Shown: positions 39,628 through 48,545, counted from the stretch's first letter. The stretch: DNA of 64,000 bases from a virus (IMGVR_UViG_3300049736_000695:14400-78399); one strand, 5' to 3'. A program made the numbers and translations. The notes: a model not told the origin generated them from the letters alone.

Positions 39628-40287
39628 CTATTCTATCACAGTTTCCTCTGTTTGTACACCGTTAATTGCATCTACAAGCACTTTTGCCTCTTCTAATTCA
39701 GCAGTTTTTTGTGCTTTCACGTTGTCATCAAGTTCTTTGAATGCACGAGTTTCACGTAGCTTTTCAAGCAAGACTTCATTCTGTGCTATACGTGTCTTAA
39801 TAACACTATTAGCAACCGCGTTCTTGTACTCCAGAAGTACGTATGCACGATACTGTGTACCATTTTGTACGATCTGATTCTCTTTGACAGTATAACCTGC
39901 AACATCTGCATCTGCAATCAGATTACGAGTTACCTGTTCAAAGTTATTTTGAACAGTGGCATCAAAGTCCGATGATCCCAATTTTGTTTTAAACAACTTC
40001 ATTTGAGAACGAATACGACTATCAACACGATCGGCAAGAGTAGTCTTAGCTGATAGTACTGCAATGTCAACCGCTAACTGAAGATCTGGCGTGACTGCAG
40101 TACCGACTGCATATACGGCATCTTCTTCCTTAGGAATGTTTGTATACCAATTTGGCATATTATCAATTTGCTTTTCAACTTGAGCTGATTGATATTCAAA
40201 CATTTGTTGCGACATTAATGTCTCTGGTGGGGTTTTATCACAAGCTGCCACAGCTGCGACGAGAGGAATAAACGCTAACCTTTTCAT
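39628..40287 (-). CDS. Lipoprotein (LPP20-like)
   Basis: Signal peptide with lipobox VAAC; MPNWY, AVGTA...DLQLA.D.A, YRAYVLL. Confidence 0.7.
   Translation of the reverse strand: MKRLAFIPLVAAVAACDKTPPETLMSQQMFEYQSAQVEKQIDNMPNWYTNIPKEEDAVYAVGTAVTPDLQLAVDIAVLSAKTTLADRVDSRIRSQMKLFKTKLGSSDFDATVQNNFEQVTRNLIADADVAGYTVKENQIVQNGTQYRAYVLLEYKNAVANSVIKTRIAQNEVLLEKLRETRAFKELDDNVKAQKTAELEEAKVLVDAINGVQTEETVIE
39630..39659 (-). promoter_or_regulatory. Early promoter inside the 3' end of the lipoprotein gene
   Basis: GTGTACA-N17-TAGAAT. Confidence 0.7.
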
Positions 40288-40288
40288 T

Positions 40289-40414
40289 TTATACTCCATT
40301 CAAAACTGCGACAATATTATCGCGCATACCAGAAGTAACAAACCAATTCATAACTTCTGGGTTGTATGTCACTAGCATTGCACCAGCAATCATACCTAAT
40401 ACAAATTTAATCAT
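40289..40414 (-). CDS. Small membrane protein (41 aa, not in ORF track)
   Basis: MIKFVLGMIAGAMLVTYNP...; fills the gap between neighbours. Confidence 0.5.
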   Translation of the reverse strand: MIKFVLGMIAGAMLVTYNPEVMNWFVTSGMRDNIVAVLNGV

Positions 40415-40692
40415 TATAAAATTCCCATACTGACCAATGTACTGAAGAGGTGAGTAACTCCATTACCTTCTTCTTCCACACCAAATAAAAACTCACCTAC
40501 TGATCTGTTTTTGGCGGGTATTTCTTTCTCAATGATTATAGTTTTTGGCGGTGATTTGCAATCATATCGTTTAATATCATCGACTATACTACCATCTTTA
40601 AAAAACGTTCTTTGAGAATAGAAACAATCTTGTGCCTGTGCACTAGTTCCAATCGTTATCCATAGCAACAGTATCGCGCATCTTTTCACCAT
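40414..40692 (-). CDS. Secreted hypothetical protein
   Basis: Probable start MVKRCAILLLWITIGTSAQA (signal peptide), Cys pair. Confidence 0.55.
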   Translation of the reverse strand: MVKRCAILLLWITIGTSAQAQDCFYSQRTFFKDGSIVDDIKRYDCKSPPKTIIIEKEIPAKNRSVGEFLFGVEEEGNGVTHLFSTLVSMGIL

Positions 40693-40951
40693 AGTATTTC
40701 TCCGCATATTGTGGCGCATCTTGATAATGATTATGATTTTCATCGTATTGATTATGAATTTTAGAAACATAATCATTAAATTTTTTGCGTTCCTTCTTAT
40801 CTACTTCATCGACGTAACGTACTACACGTGCAGCACTAGCAGCTAGCCTTGCGCGTCTTGCTTTGATTTTTTCAAATCTTTCAGCAGCTTCGCGAATGGC
40901 TAGCATACGCTCTTCTTGAGTAGAATTCTTAGTAATAACATAATTTGACAT
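40643..40951 (-). CDS. Early hypothetical protein
   Basis: GAGGAG SD and early promoter upstream. Confidence 0.65.
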   Translation of the reverse strand: MSNYVITKNSTQEERMLAIREAAERFEKIKARRARLAASAARVVRYVDEVDKKERKKFNDYVSKIHNQYDENHNHYQDAPQYAEKYYGEKMRDTVAMDNDWN

Positions 40952-40980
40952 TTTTAGCTCCTCAGCTGTTTTTAATCTTG

Positions 40981-41024
40981 TATATATTCTATCACAGTTT
41001 CACGCAAATGTACACAGTTAATTT
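40981..41024 (-). promoter_or_regulatory. Early promoter, 44 bp identical to 38993-39036
   Basis: AAATTAACTGTGTACA-N17-TAGAAT. Confidence 0.8.
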
Positions 41025-41042
41025 GCATTAAAGTGATTTTTT

Positions 41043-41252
41043 TTATGCAGCGTGTGCTGACCAATATTCATCCCAAAGATTATAGACCCATTCATCCTGC
41101 TCTGGTCCGCTCAAGTGCATAATATTAACAAAGCACTTATCTTCGACAAGTTTCCAGTTAAGAGCATCTGCTGATTCGCATTCTTCTATACGAGCCAATA
41201 CTGCATCTTCAAACTTTTCTTCACAATCCATAACGTAACTTGACATACCCAT
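41043..41252 (-). CDS. Small acidic hypothetical protein
   Basis: GAGGAG SD, TAATG coupling. Confidence 0.6.
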   Translation of the reverse strand: MGMSSYVMDCEEKFEDAVLARIEECESADALNWKLVEDKCFVNIMHLSGPEQDEWVYNLWDEYWSAHAA

Positions 41253-41389
41253 TATTTTTTCTCCTCAACATCAATTCCATAATATTCTTTTGGATCTACT
41301 TCAAATCGACCACATTCTGACAAATAAGGATTTTCAATCCAAATTCCTTCATACTCAAAACCTTCTGGCACTGCGTGACGATGTTCCAT
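41252..41389 (-). CDS. Small hypothetical protein (45 aa, not in ORF track)
   Basis: MEHRHAVPEGFEYEGIWIENPY...; GAGG SD; TAATG coupling at both ends. Confidence 0.6.
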   Translation of the reverse strand: MEHRHAVPEGFEYEGIWIENPYLSECGRFEVDPKEYYGIDVEEKK

Positions 41390-41661
41390 TAGCGCACCTC
41401 ATAACCAAGATTATCATAAACCCAATCTTCACCGAGATCAGCAGCAAAAGCCATTACCACACCTTCGCGTGGATGTGTATCCATACGATCGATGAAATGA
41501 CGTAGTGAGCCCATATGACCTTTGTTGAAACGATGCTTAGCTTCGATGACATCATTACGATCTTCGGCATACATTTCAGCCATATCGTGATCAACACCAA
41601 CAAACTCAACGTGGCTTTTCCAAAGGGTTTCTTCCAACTTTGTAAGATTCTCTAAAAACAT
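41389..41661 (-). CDS. Early hypothetical protein
   Basis: GAGGAG SD, promoter cassette upstream. Confidence 0.65.
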   Translation of the reverse strand: MFLENLTKLEETLWKSHVEFVGVDHDMAEMYAEDRNDVIEAKHRFNKGHMGSLRHFIDRMDTHPREGVVMAFAADLGEDWVYDNLGYEVR

Positions 41662-41680
41662 TTTAAGCTCCTCTTTGCTT

Positions 41681-41782
41681 TTTTCATTTTATAGATATAT
41701 TATATCACAAAAACCACGAAATGTACACAAAAAAGTGCACGAGGTTATTCAACAAAAACAACTACTTGTAATTTTTTTTTCT
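41681..41782 (-). repeat. ~100 bp early-promoter cassette, copy A
   Basis: GTGTACA-N17-TATAAT with flanks similar to 52902-53002. Confidence 0.8.
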
Positions 41783-42044
41783 AAGAACGATAAATATTAA
41801 GCAGATGCTGCTCAAATTGCTCGACTTTATCTATGCGATTGGGCCATAAAATGTATTCTTTTTCAGGATTTTTCTTAAGATTGTTAAGAAGAGGAACAAT
41901 GGCGTTGTAAAGCTTATCAAGTTTATCTTGACTGGTTCTTGCTTCTACTGAAACATCACCTGCCGCCTTTTGTGCATCTTGTACAGCTTGTAATTCAGAC
42001 TCATCTACTGCTGTAAAACCAAAATCAAACATATCATCAGACAT
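41781..42044 (-). CDS. Conserved hypothetical protein
   Basis: Start MSDDMFDFGFTAVDE; LL.NLKKNPEKEYILWPNR. Confidence 0.7.
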   Translation of the reverse strand: MSDDMFDFGFTAVDESELQAVQDAQKAAGDVSVEARTSQDKLDKLYNAIVPLLNNLKKNPEKEYILWPNRIDKVEQFEQHLLNIYRS

Positions 42045-42180
42045 GACCGTCTCTCCTTTGATACATGTATTGAACAAAAATTATCCATCCAATAAATGCC
42101 CAAAAGAAATTGTACATAATTCCTTGAGATATTACCCAAGCAAACATTGAAACCATTATGTGGTCATACCATTTAAGCAT
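42037..42180 (-). CDS. Small membrane protein (47 aa, not in ORF track)
   Basis: MLKWYDHIMVSMFAWVISQGIMYNFFWAFIGWIIFVQY... Confidence 0.5.
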   Translation of the reverse strand: MLKWYDHIMVSMFAWVISQGIMYNFFWAFIGWIIFVQYMYQRRDGHV

Positions 42181-42196
42181 TCATTATCCTTAAAGT

Positions 42197-42330
42197 GATA
42201 GAGGAGAGACGAAAGGAATATTTCTCTCCTCTATCTTATTGAGCAGAGCCAACTTATAAATGCTGGATGCGTTCTCCTTTGTTATCGTCCCTAACATTAG
42301 GGACTATCGGGTCTATTAAGCGACCAACCT
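42197..42330 (-). ncRNA. Candidate structured RNA downstream of tRNA-Gly
   Basis: No credible ORF; late promoter at 42336-42343 directly upstream; hairpins 42287-42304 and 42197-42235 (13 bp perfect). Confidence 0.4.
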
Positions 42331-42335
42331 ATTCA

Positions 42336-42343
42336 TATTTATA
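42336..42343 (-). promoter_or_regulatory. Late promoter abutting the tRNA-Gly 3' end
   Basis: TATAAATA immediately after CCA. Confidence 0.6.
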
Positions 42344-42417
42344 TGGAGCGGGTAACCGGAGTCGAACCGATGTCTTTGGCTTGGAAGGCGATTGTAATAC
42401 CATTATACTATACCCGC
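42344..42417 (-). tRNA. tRNA-Gly(TCC), CCA encoded, imperfect anticodon stem
   Basis: GCGGGTA...CT-TCC-AA...GGTTCGACTCC...TACCCGC-T-CCA. Confidence 0.88.
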
Positions 42418-42422
42418 ATTAT

Positions 42423-42499
42423 TGGCGATTCCGAGAGGACTCGAACCCCTGACCGATTGCTTAGAAGGCAATTGCTCTATCCAACTGAGCTACGGAACC
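42423..42499 (-). tRNA. tRNA-Arg(TCT), CCA encoded
   Basis: GGTTCCG TAGCTCAGTTGGATAGAGC A ATTGC-CT-TCT-AA-GCAAT...GGTTCGAGTCC...CGGAATC-G-CCA. Confidence 0.95.
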
Positions 42500-42504
42500 A
42501 AATA

Positions 42505-42652
42505 AGGAGAGTCTTTCTTATGAGGGCACTCTATAATTCCCACCTGCGTCTTTATTTTAAAGTCGTTTACAGGCTTAACCGCGTTATACCGCTCGACTAT
42601 AGGATTAGAAGAAGCTCAACTGAGAGAGGAGCGAGACAGGAGCCTCTTCTAA
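42505..42652 (-). ncRNA. Candidate structured RNA upstream of tRNA-Arg
   Basis: GC-richer than the genome, no credible ORF; 13 bp stem 42605-42617/42640-42652 (G.U on minus strand); stems 42561-65/42594-98 and 42508-12/42528-32. Confidence 0.35.
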
Positions 42653-42657
42653 ACTTT

Positions 42658-42906
42658 TTACCATATCCACTCAACTTCGATACCAAACTCTGGTTCTTTA
42701 TCTTGTTCTTGAGTAACATGGTTGAATCCACTATTATGATATGTTTTTAGATTGATAAGTTTTTTGCCAGACTTTTCATATTCCTCTCTAAGTTCTGCAA
42801 ACTTATCTGTAAGACTTACACCATCACCATTGTACTCATCGAATGGGTGTGTTGTAAAATAAGAAAAGACACCTTCAGTATCATAGATTTTAGTAGTGTC
42901 TAACAT
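42658..42906 (-). CDS. Hypothetical protein
   Basis: 82 aa, GAGG SD, TAATG coupling. Confidence 0.6.
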   Translation of the reverse strand: MLDTTKIYDTEGVFSYFTTHPFDEYNGDGVSLTDKFAELREEYEKSGKKLINLKTYHNSGFNHVTQEQDKEPEFGIEVEWIW

Positions 42907-43214
42907 TATGCAACCTCACGATTACAATTGAACTCGGCATATGCCACATCCAAATCGTCCATAGTGGTACAAAGGCTTAGCAAATACCGAGCATTGCCTT
43001 TTGATGTTAAGCCAGCAATATAGTCAAACAGACCATAGTACTCCATTTGGTATTCATACTGCTCGACAGTAGTAATACCTTGCTCTGCCCAATGTGCTGG
43101 GTCAGTCACGGTCATACCGTAGTAAGAACCAGGATTTTCATCCATCCACTTCTTACCTTCAGCATTTTTAGCTTCGATATGGGCCTGTAGTGCAATTTGA
43201 TCTTTAGTAAACAT
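42906..43214 (-). CDS. Early hypothetical protein
   Basis: Start MFTKDQ after GAGGAG; promoter at 43247-43276. Confidence 0.65.
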   Translation of the reverse strand: MFTKDQIALQAHIEAKNAEGKKWMDENPGSYYGMTVTDPAHWAEQGITTVEQYEYQMEYYGLFDYIAGLTSKGNARYLLSLCTTMDDLDVAYAEFNCNREVA

Positions 43215-43246
43215 AATATGAACTCCTCTTTTCATTTTATAGATCT

Positions 43247-43285
43247 ATTATACACTATTTTTACGGCAATGTACACAGTTAATTT
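43247..43285 (-). promoter_or_regulatory. Early promoter
   Basis: AAATTAACTGTGTACA-N17-TATAAT. Confidence 0.8.
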
Positions 43286-43298
43286 GCATTTTTTTCAA

Positions 43299-43718
43299 TT
43301 ATTTTTGAAAAGATAAACTGTATGTTTTGCCTAAGTATGTAAACGTAACCACGCTATGCGAATAGATTGATTTTGTTTTTTCATCATATCGCGTTTCAAA
43401 ATTACATACTCTGCGAGTACCGCCTGTGGCTTTACTATTATTATGAGCTAACATGCCACCTAATAAGGCACCAACTGCACCACCGTTGTCTACATTTTTG
43501 GTCACATTATTACCAATAGCACCACCGATAATAGCACCCATTAAGGTATCTCCGGTTTTATCACCAGAAGTTGATTGCTGTTGACATACTTCTACCTGAT
43601 AAGGTGTTCTATCAATTACGGTTCTATTGACATCTGTTACAGTTTCAGCATTAGTAGGGCTTGCCGTCACCATCAACGCCGCTGACAACAATAGGGGGAC
43701 ATTCACAAACTTTGACAT
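43299..43718 (-). CDS. Secreted glycine-zipper 2TM protein
   Basis: Signal peptide; GAIIGGAIGN...GGAVGALLGG flanked by Cys. Confidence 0.75.
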   Translation of the reverse strand: MSKFVNVPLLLSAALMVTASPTNAETVTDVNRTVIDRTPYQVEVCQQQSTSGDKTGDTLMGAIIGGAIGNNVTKNVDNGGAVGALLGGMLAHNNSKATGGTRRVCNFETRYDEKTKSIYSHSVVTFTYLGKTYSLSFQK

Positions 43719-43872
43719 TATTTAACTCCTCAATCCTTTTATATGAGTTTTGCAATTGTTCTTGTAGTTCTTTAATGTTGTTTTCCAACATCTCTATTAC
43801 ACCATCTTTATTTACTATTTCTCTACGAAATAATTCTAATTCAGATTGTTCGTGGTTTTGGAATTCTGCCAT
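43651..43872 (-). CDS. Small coiled-coil protein
   Basis: ELELFRREI...LQEQLQNSYKRIEEL; GGAGG SD. Confidence 0.55.
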   Translation of the reverse strand: MAEFQNHEQSELELFRREIVNKDGVIEMLENNIKELQEQLQNSYKRIEELNNVKVCECPPIVVSGVDGDGKPY

Positions 43873-44252
43873 TGGATTAATAATTCCTCCTGTACTCTAT
43901 ATGCCTCAACTTCCCAAGGCAAGTTTAAATATTCTTCTCTGGTCTTATAAAAATTACATTCACTATATAATTCTTTTCTTACATATTGTTTTACATGAAC
44001 CATTTCATGAAATATTGTTGTAAGAAAATTATCTCCAAGACTTAACCTCTTATCTACCTCAATTATATAGTCTCTATTTTCAACGTCTAAACATGTACCG
44101 TCATATCCCTTTAAATTTTTAAGTTCAATATTAATAGTACATTTTTTAATCCTAGGCATAAGCTGTAACCATGCAAATGATGCTGCCTCAAACGCGAATT
44201 CACGTTGTCTGCGACTGCCACCTTCTACAAAAATCAAACTTTTCTCCATCAT
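43836..44252 (-). CDS. Putative Zn metallopeptidase-like protein
   Basis: TIFHEMVHVKQY (HExxH) ... PWEVEAY. Confidence 0.7.
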   Translation of the reverse strand: MMEKSLIFVEGGSRRQREFAFEAASFAWLQLMPRIKKCTINIELKNLKGYDGTCLDVENRDYIIEVDKRLSLGDNFLTTIFHEMVHVKQYVRKELYSECNFYKTREEYLNLPWEVEAYRVQEELLIQWQNSKTTNNLN

Positions 44253-44258
44253 GTATTA

Positions 44259-44297
44259 ATTATACACTATTTTTATGGAAAAGTAAACAGTTAATTT
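44259..44297 (-). promoter_or_regulatory. Early promoter
   Basis: AAATTAACTGTTTACT-N17-TATAAT. Confidence 0.7.
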
Positions 44298-44976
44298 ACA
44301 TTATTCCGTTTGCTGGAGGAACCCATGCTTCGTCTGATTTTCCTTCTTGTTCAGTAATCTCATCTCTACGACCGTACTTTTCAATAGTAACATTATTGCC
44401 AATTTTAAATTTAAGATTATCATGCATATGGTGAATAACAAATTCGCATCGGCCATCACCGAAGTCTTTAAATATATTTTGCCAAAGCGGGCGCCAATTG
44501 TTAGTCAATCGGTTGTTATTCATACCGCCTCGATCTGAATTTATAAACGTATCTGTAAAGCTACGAAGATTAAAATCAAATATAGAATCAAATCCATACA
44601 TATGAATTCTTTCGGCCTTTAGATGCTGAGCGGCAAAGTAAACAGCCATATGACCACAATTAAGATCTGTATAGTTTGCAGCATAGCTTGGTAGACGAGT
44701 GTAGAACATTTTAATTTGATGAGATCTTTGCATATGAAATTGAGAATTCTTTTCCATATACGCTTTAGGTCTTGCGCCAAGTATCCATTCTCCTGGCACA
44801 TCAACATCACCTTTATGAATATGTCGCATCATTTTAAAGTCAACCATGCAAGATGCATATAGATTTTCAATAGGAAAAGGTGGAAGATTGCAAGCTAGCT
44901 TTAGACCTTTTCTTGGCGCTTCATTATAAAACATTGCTGAATCGCCGTTACCGATTACGTGAACTGTTTTAGGCAT
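44296..44976 (-). CDS. Glycosyltransferase-like protein (GT29/GT42/DUF115-like fold)
   Basis: VHVIGNGDS, ACN, NCGHMAV, IHMYGFD. Confidence 0.55.
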   Translation of the reverse strand: MPKTVHVIGNGDSAMFYNEAPRKGLKLACNLPPFPIENLYASCMVDFKMMRHIHKGDVDVPGEWILGARPKAYMEKNSQFHMQRSHQIKMFYTRLPSYAANYTDLNCGHMAVYFAAQHLKAERIHMYGFDSIFDFNLRSFTDTFINSDRGGMNNNRLTNNWRPLWQNIFKDFGDGRCEFVIHHMHDNLKFKIGNNVTIEKYGRRDEITEQEGKSDEAWVPPANGIM

Positions 44977-45652
44977 TCACAACCTCCGCAATTTTGATCT
45001 TACCACGAATACGATCGTTTCCTTTTTCACCTGTCCAATGCATAATCTTTGCATTGGTTGCTGGCTCATCATCATGTTCTACCTGAAGTCTTAGCCAATT
45101 ATATTTATTCGGTAATTCATTAATATATGTCATTCTTGTAATAGGATTAAGCATACTATGTAATACCTCTTGATCCCCCACTTCTGGTTTTGAAGCAACC
45201 TTTTCTGCCCATTGTTTTAGAATATCTGGCTTTTGATAAAATCCTACAACGCCTGAGTTAAACCATTCTTCTTTTCTACGCTTTAGCCATGGTCTATCAA
45301 GTGACATACAAAGTTTGTTTGGTTGAATATGATCAAACATCCTTTCAATATTTCCAAGTATTTCACAATCAGTATCAATCCAAAAGCATCTTTTGCCCGG
45401 TGCTTTTAACATTGCCATCGGTTTACCAAACCACCCTTTAACGTCTTCTTTTATTTGAATATCCATATGGCAAAAAAGAGCAGGATGCGCAGATTGTTTT
45501 ACTCTTTCTTTCATCTCAATAGACATACCAAAGTCTGCAACTGCAATTGGTATAGTATTATGCTTATAATAATTTTCAATAAACCACCACAGCTGCCATT
45601 CTGTTTTTTCATCGCAACCGGTGATAATCAATTTTTCAGGCATTTTAGGCAT
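44969..45652 (-). CDS. Glycosyltransferase (GT8-like)
   Basis: ADFGMS, GWFGKP, WIDTDCEI, FNSGVV, GDQEVLH, YNW, IMHWTG. Confidence 0.8.
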   Translation of the reverse strand: MPKMPEKLIITGCDEKTEWQLWWFIENYYKHNTIPIAVADFGMSIEMKERVKQSAHPALFCHMDIQIKEDVKGWFGKPMAMLKAPGKRCFWIDTDCEILGNIERMFDHIQPNKLCMSLDRPWLKRRKEEWFNSGVVGFYQKPDILKQWAEKVASKPEVGDQEVLHSMLNPITRMTYINELPNKYNWLRLQVEHDDEPATNAKIMHWTGEKGNDRIRGKIKIAEVVNA

Positions 45653-46292
45653 CGATTATTCCATATGTTTCGTTAAAGTTATGTTTAGCTTGTACACCAG
45701 CTTCTTTTTGAATTGTTGTAAATGAATCTGCTGCCATACATACCCATGGATAATACTCTTGTAAAAACGGAAAAGTATCTACATTCAGAAATATATCAGT
45801 CGGTGCACCACATGTTTTTGCTTTATTAATAATCTTTTGTGCGCCTTCTGGATTAACCATATAGCCATGCGCGCCACCAAAATATTTCTTTTGTATTAAT
45901 CCATCTACACCAATATTGATAGGTGTATTAAAGTTTCCATACGAAGGCTTTGAAAATGTCATACAACCATCAAACGACGTTTCCGGAATCGGGCCTGTTA
46001 GAATAGCATCATGCTCAAAAATAACAACTGTTTCTTTTATCTTTACTGACTTTTCCCACAGCGCATGATGAGATAAGAAAGCAGCCATACAGTTTTCTGG
46101 TCTAGAATATTTTTCATGGAAAAAAGACGGTTGGATACCCTTTGTATGCAAAATAAGATGTGGATTATCTTTAGGAGTTATAGCCCAATGATGTTCTACT
46201 TCAAGTCCATGTTTAGCAGCGCTTTTAATACAACGTTTTGCAACCTGCATAGACTGTTCATTATCTTTAATTGTAATTACGAAAGCTTTCAT
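45645..46292 (-). CDS. Glycosyltransferase family 25-like
   Basis: KAFVITI, AFLSHHALW, IFEHDA, GAHGYMVNPEGA. Confidence 0.8.
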   Translation of the reverse strand: MKAFVITIKDNEQSMQVAKRCIKSAAKHGLEVEHHWAITPKDNPHLILHTKGIQPSFFHEKYSRPENCMAAFLSHHALWEKSVKIKETVVIFEHDAILTGPIPETSFDGCMTFSKPSYGNFNTPINIGVDGLIQKKYFGGAHGYMVNPEGAQKIINKAKTCGAPTDIFLNVDTFPFLQEYYPWVCMAADSFTTIQKEAGVQAKHNFNETYGIIDA

Positions 46293-46504
46293 TCACAAGT
46301 CTTCTTTCCTGCACATTCTTTTGGAAAGCATTGTCTTGCAAAGAAATAGTATTCGTTGTCAAAACTTGCAGACCACTGTTCATTATCTATCATCCAATGA
46401 CATTGTTTTTCTGACATGGGTTGCTGTAGTGCCATCTGACCGATATAGTGGTCTGTAACACCATCGCTGCCCCACATACTAATTACTAACATAAATTCTT
46501 TCAT
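46289..46504 (-). CDS. Small Cys-containing hypothetical protein
   Basis: Hydrophobic N-terminus, several Cys. Confidence 0.55.
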   Translation of the reverse strand: MKEFMLVISMWGSDGVTDHYIGQMALQQPMSEKQCHWMIDNEQWSASFDNEYYFFARQCFPKECAGKKTCE

Positions 46505-47200
46505 TTAATTCACCGTTGTTGAAGGTAACCCTTGGACTCTTGTAAAATATGTTTTAGTTACACCAAGTTTAGGAACTAGTTGTTTGCACATAAGCGCATC
46601 GTTCGGCCATAAGCCATGTTCTCGAGCCGCTGATAGGATATCCTTTGCTCCATCTGGTTTAATTATATATGCAGAGTTTCCGGCTAAACCTTGTGGTATA
46701 TTAAATTCATCAACTGATGGTACCGGTTGGATCCATGATTCTCCGGCTTGCACCATGTCATGAAACTGATGAGCGCGCCTTGTAGCTGATGCAGGACTAT
46801 TAATACCAATAATATTGTATTTACTTTCAAGTATCAATTTCCAATCTAATTTTTCAGTAAAGACTGCATCGTGTTCAAGTATAAGAATTGGCTCATTTAG
46901 TTTTTTACACTCATGCCACAATAACCAATGACTCATTGCGCATGCAATGCGAGAATTAGGATTTGCTGTTTGATATGCAGACTTAATAAGACCGGTTGCA
47001 ATATCGTTTTCTTTACCTTCCCAAGGATACTTCCATTTAAGACCATTACCGAACATAACAGTCTTAGCCATTTTTGCGGAAACTGCGTTAAAGATATCTA
47101 TCTCAAAATCATTATAAACTTTTTTAGAAGATATAATACAAGTATCAGCCCCTTTCTCTGATATCTCATTTCCTTTTAAACAAATCACATACGCTTTCAT
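46505..47200 (-). CDS. Glycosyltransferase family 25-like
   Basis: KAYVICL, IACAMSHWLLW, ILEHDA, GNSAYIIKPDGA, PNDA. Confidence 0.82.
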   Translation of the reverse strand: MKAYVICLKGNEISEKGADTCIISSKKVYNDFEIDIFNAVSAKMAKTVMFGNGLKWKYPWEGKENDIATGLIKSAYQTANPNSRIACAMSHWLLWHECKKLNEPILILEHDAVFTEKLDWKLILESKYNIIGINSPASATRRAHQFHDMVQAGESWIQPVPSVDEFNIPQGLAGNSAYIIKPDGAKDILSAAREHGLWPNDALMCKQLVPKLGVTKTYFTRVQGLPSTTVN

Positions 47201-47718
47201 CTTTTTAACTCATTCCTATGCGGAAATTCTTCCATAGTTTTATTGACATTGAGAAAGTCAAATAGTTTTTGGGGTTTGTCAACTCCATCTACAATATTTA
47301 GAATCAATAAAGAGCCAGGTCTATTTTTAAAATATTCCTTTATACTTTTCTCATGGTTATCCCATACTTTTTCATATACCTCATATACGAAGAACGGTTC
47401 TTTATACACTTGAGTTCGAATATTTACCTGTCTTGTAGATTGATTCCAATTTCTTTTTCTTTCAAGATAAGTTGACATAGACTGTAGCCATTTTTCTTTA
47501 TCTCTTGTTGTAAGAATAAACTTAGAGTTAGGAAACATTGTGTCAAGCTTTTTATATTTTGGTATGACAGGAATATCTGATGCACCATCATTGTTAAACG
47601 AAATCATATCATCATCAGATGGATAGTGAATATGATTATATCCCACTTCGTTTAATACATGTGTAAGTGTAGTCGTACCAGTTCTAGATAATCCTAGTCC
47701 CCAAATTTTTGCTTTCAT
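47197..47718 (-). CDS. Sulfotransferase family protein
   Basis: PAPS-binding loop GLGLSRTGTTTL; FPNSKFILTTRD..KWLQS; LL.LNI; FPH.N. Confidence 0.85.
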   Translation of the reverse strand: MKAKIWGLGLSRTGTTTLTHVLNEVGYNHIHYPSDDDMISFNNDGASDIPVIPKYKKLDTMFPNSKFILTTRDKEKWLQSMSTYLERKRNWNQSTRQVNIRTQVYKEPFFVYEVYEKVWDNHEKSIKEYFKNRPGSLLILNIVDGVDKPQKLFDFLNVNKTMEEFPHRNELKR

Positions 47719-48545
47719 TTCACTGCTGCTTTATAATGTTTATGATTTAAATTCCATTCTTGAATAGGCAAATTTGTAATTCGCCACATTTCTTTTTCAG
47801 TATACCATTTAGCTTCGCCTGGTTGAATGTGTACTAGCTTAGCATCTTTAGGTCTTGTATCGTTCATACGTCTTATCGGATTGCTTCGAGTTGACATATT
47901 ATGAACATGTGAATTCCATTTGTAATCTAATTCTGTAAAATCTGTTTCAAGTGAATGTGCCATAGCATGAAAATAATTTTGATCTAAGCAATAGAACTTA
48001 GAAAAATTTTGCGCTATTGTTTGTTGCACATACTTATTAAATTTCCACCAACGATTCTTTGCATGTCTTAAACCTTCTTTCGAAAACATTACCATTCCAG
48101 CATTGTAAACTTTAAGTAAGCCATCATCACGTCGAGGCAGTTTTGTGTTTAGTGTACTATTAACCCATGCTGCCCATATTTCATCATTCTTATAATTAAT
48201 ACTTCCGTGTAAAGTTTCTTTTCTAATTGTTTCGATAGCAGGTTCTCTACATGCTGCAACATGACCATACTCTAAATCAAAAATACTTTCTTCTAAACCA
48301 TCTACAGCAAATACATCTAAATCAATAATAGCAATATTGTCATATACAAGAAACGATGGATCAATGAGAGGATTTAGCCATTCCCAATAATGTTGGTGTA
48401 CACCTGTGTTTACCGCTTGCGGTTTATTATGATCAAGTCTATATTCAGCGCCAATGCGTTTAGCATACTCTTCCATGTTTTTCTTACCAGCAAGAACTCC
48501 ACACGGCATATCTCCGCCCCAATATTGGTAGATTAGATTTCTCAT
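47715..48545 (-). CDS. Glycosyltransferase (GT-A, DxD)
   Basis: LIYQY, YAKRIGAEY, IIDLDVF, YNAGMV, DQ.Y, KWN, LVH. Confidence 0.75.
   Translation of the reverse strand: MRNLIYQYWGGDMPCGVLAGKKNMEEYAKRIGAEYRLDHNKPQAVNTGVHQHYWEWLNPLIDPSFLVYDNIAIIDLDVFAVDGLEESIFDLEYGHVAACREPAIETIRKETLHGSINYKNDEIWAAWVNSTLNTKLPRRDDGLLKVYNAGMVMFSKEGLRHAKNRWWKFNKYVQQTIAQNFSKFYCLDQNYFHAMAHSLETDFTELDYKWNSHVHNMSTRSNPIRRMNDTRPKDAKLVHIQPGEAKWYTEKEMWRITNLPIQEWNLNHKHYKAAVK

Noticed and set aside
42267-42750. Plus-strand ORFs 42267..42452 and 42343..42750
   Set aside because: Antisense shadows of the two tRNAs and flanking structured RNA
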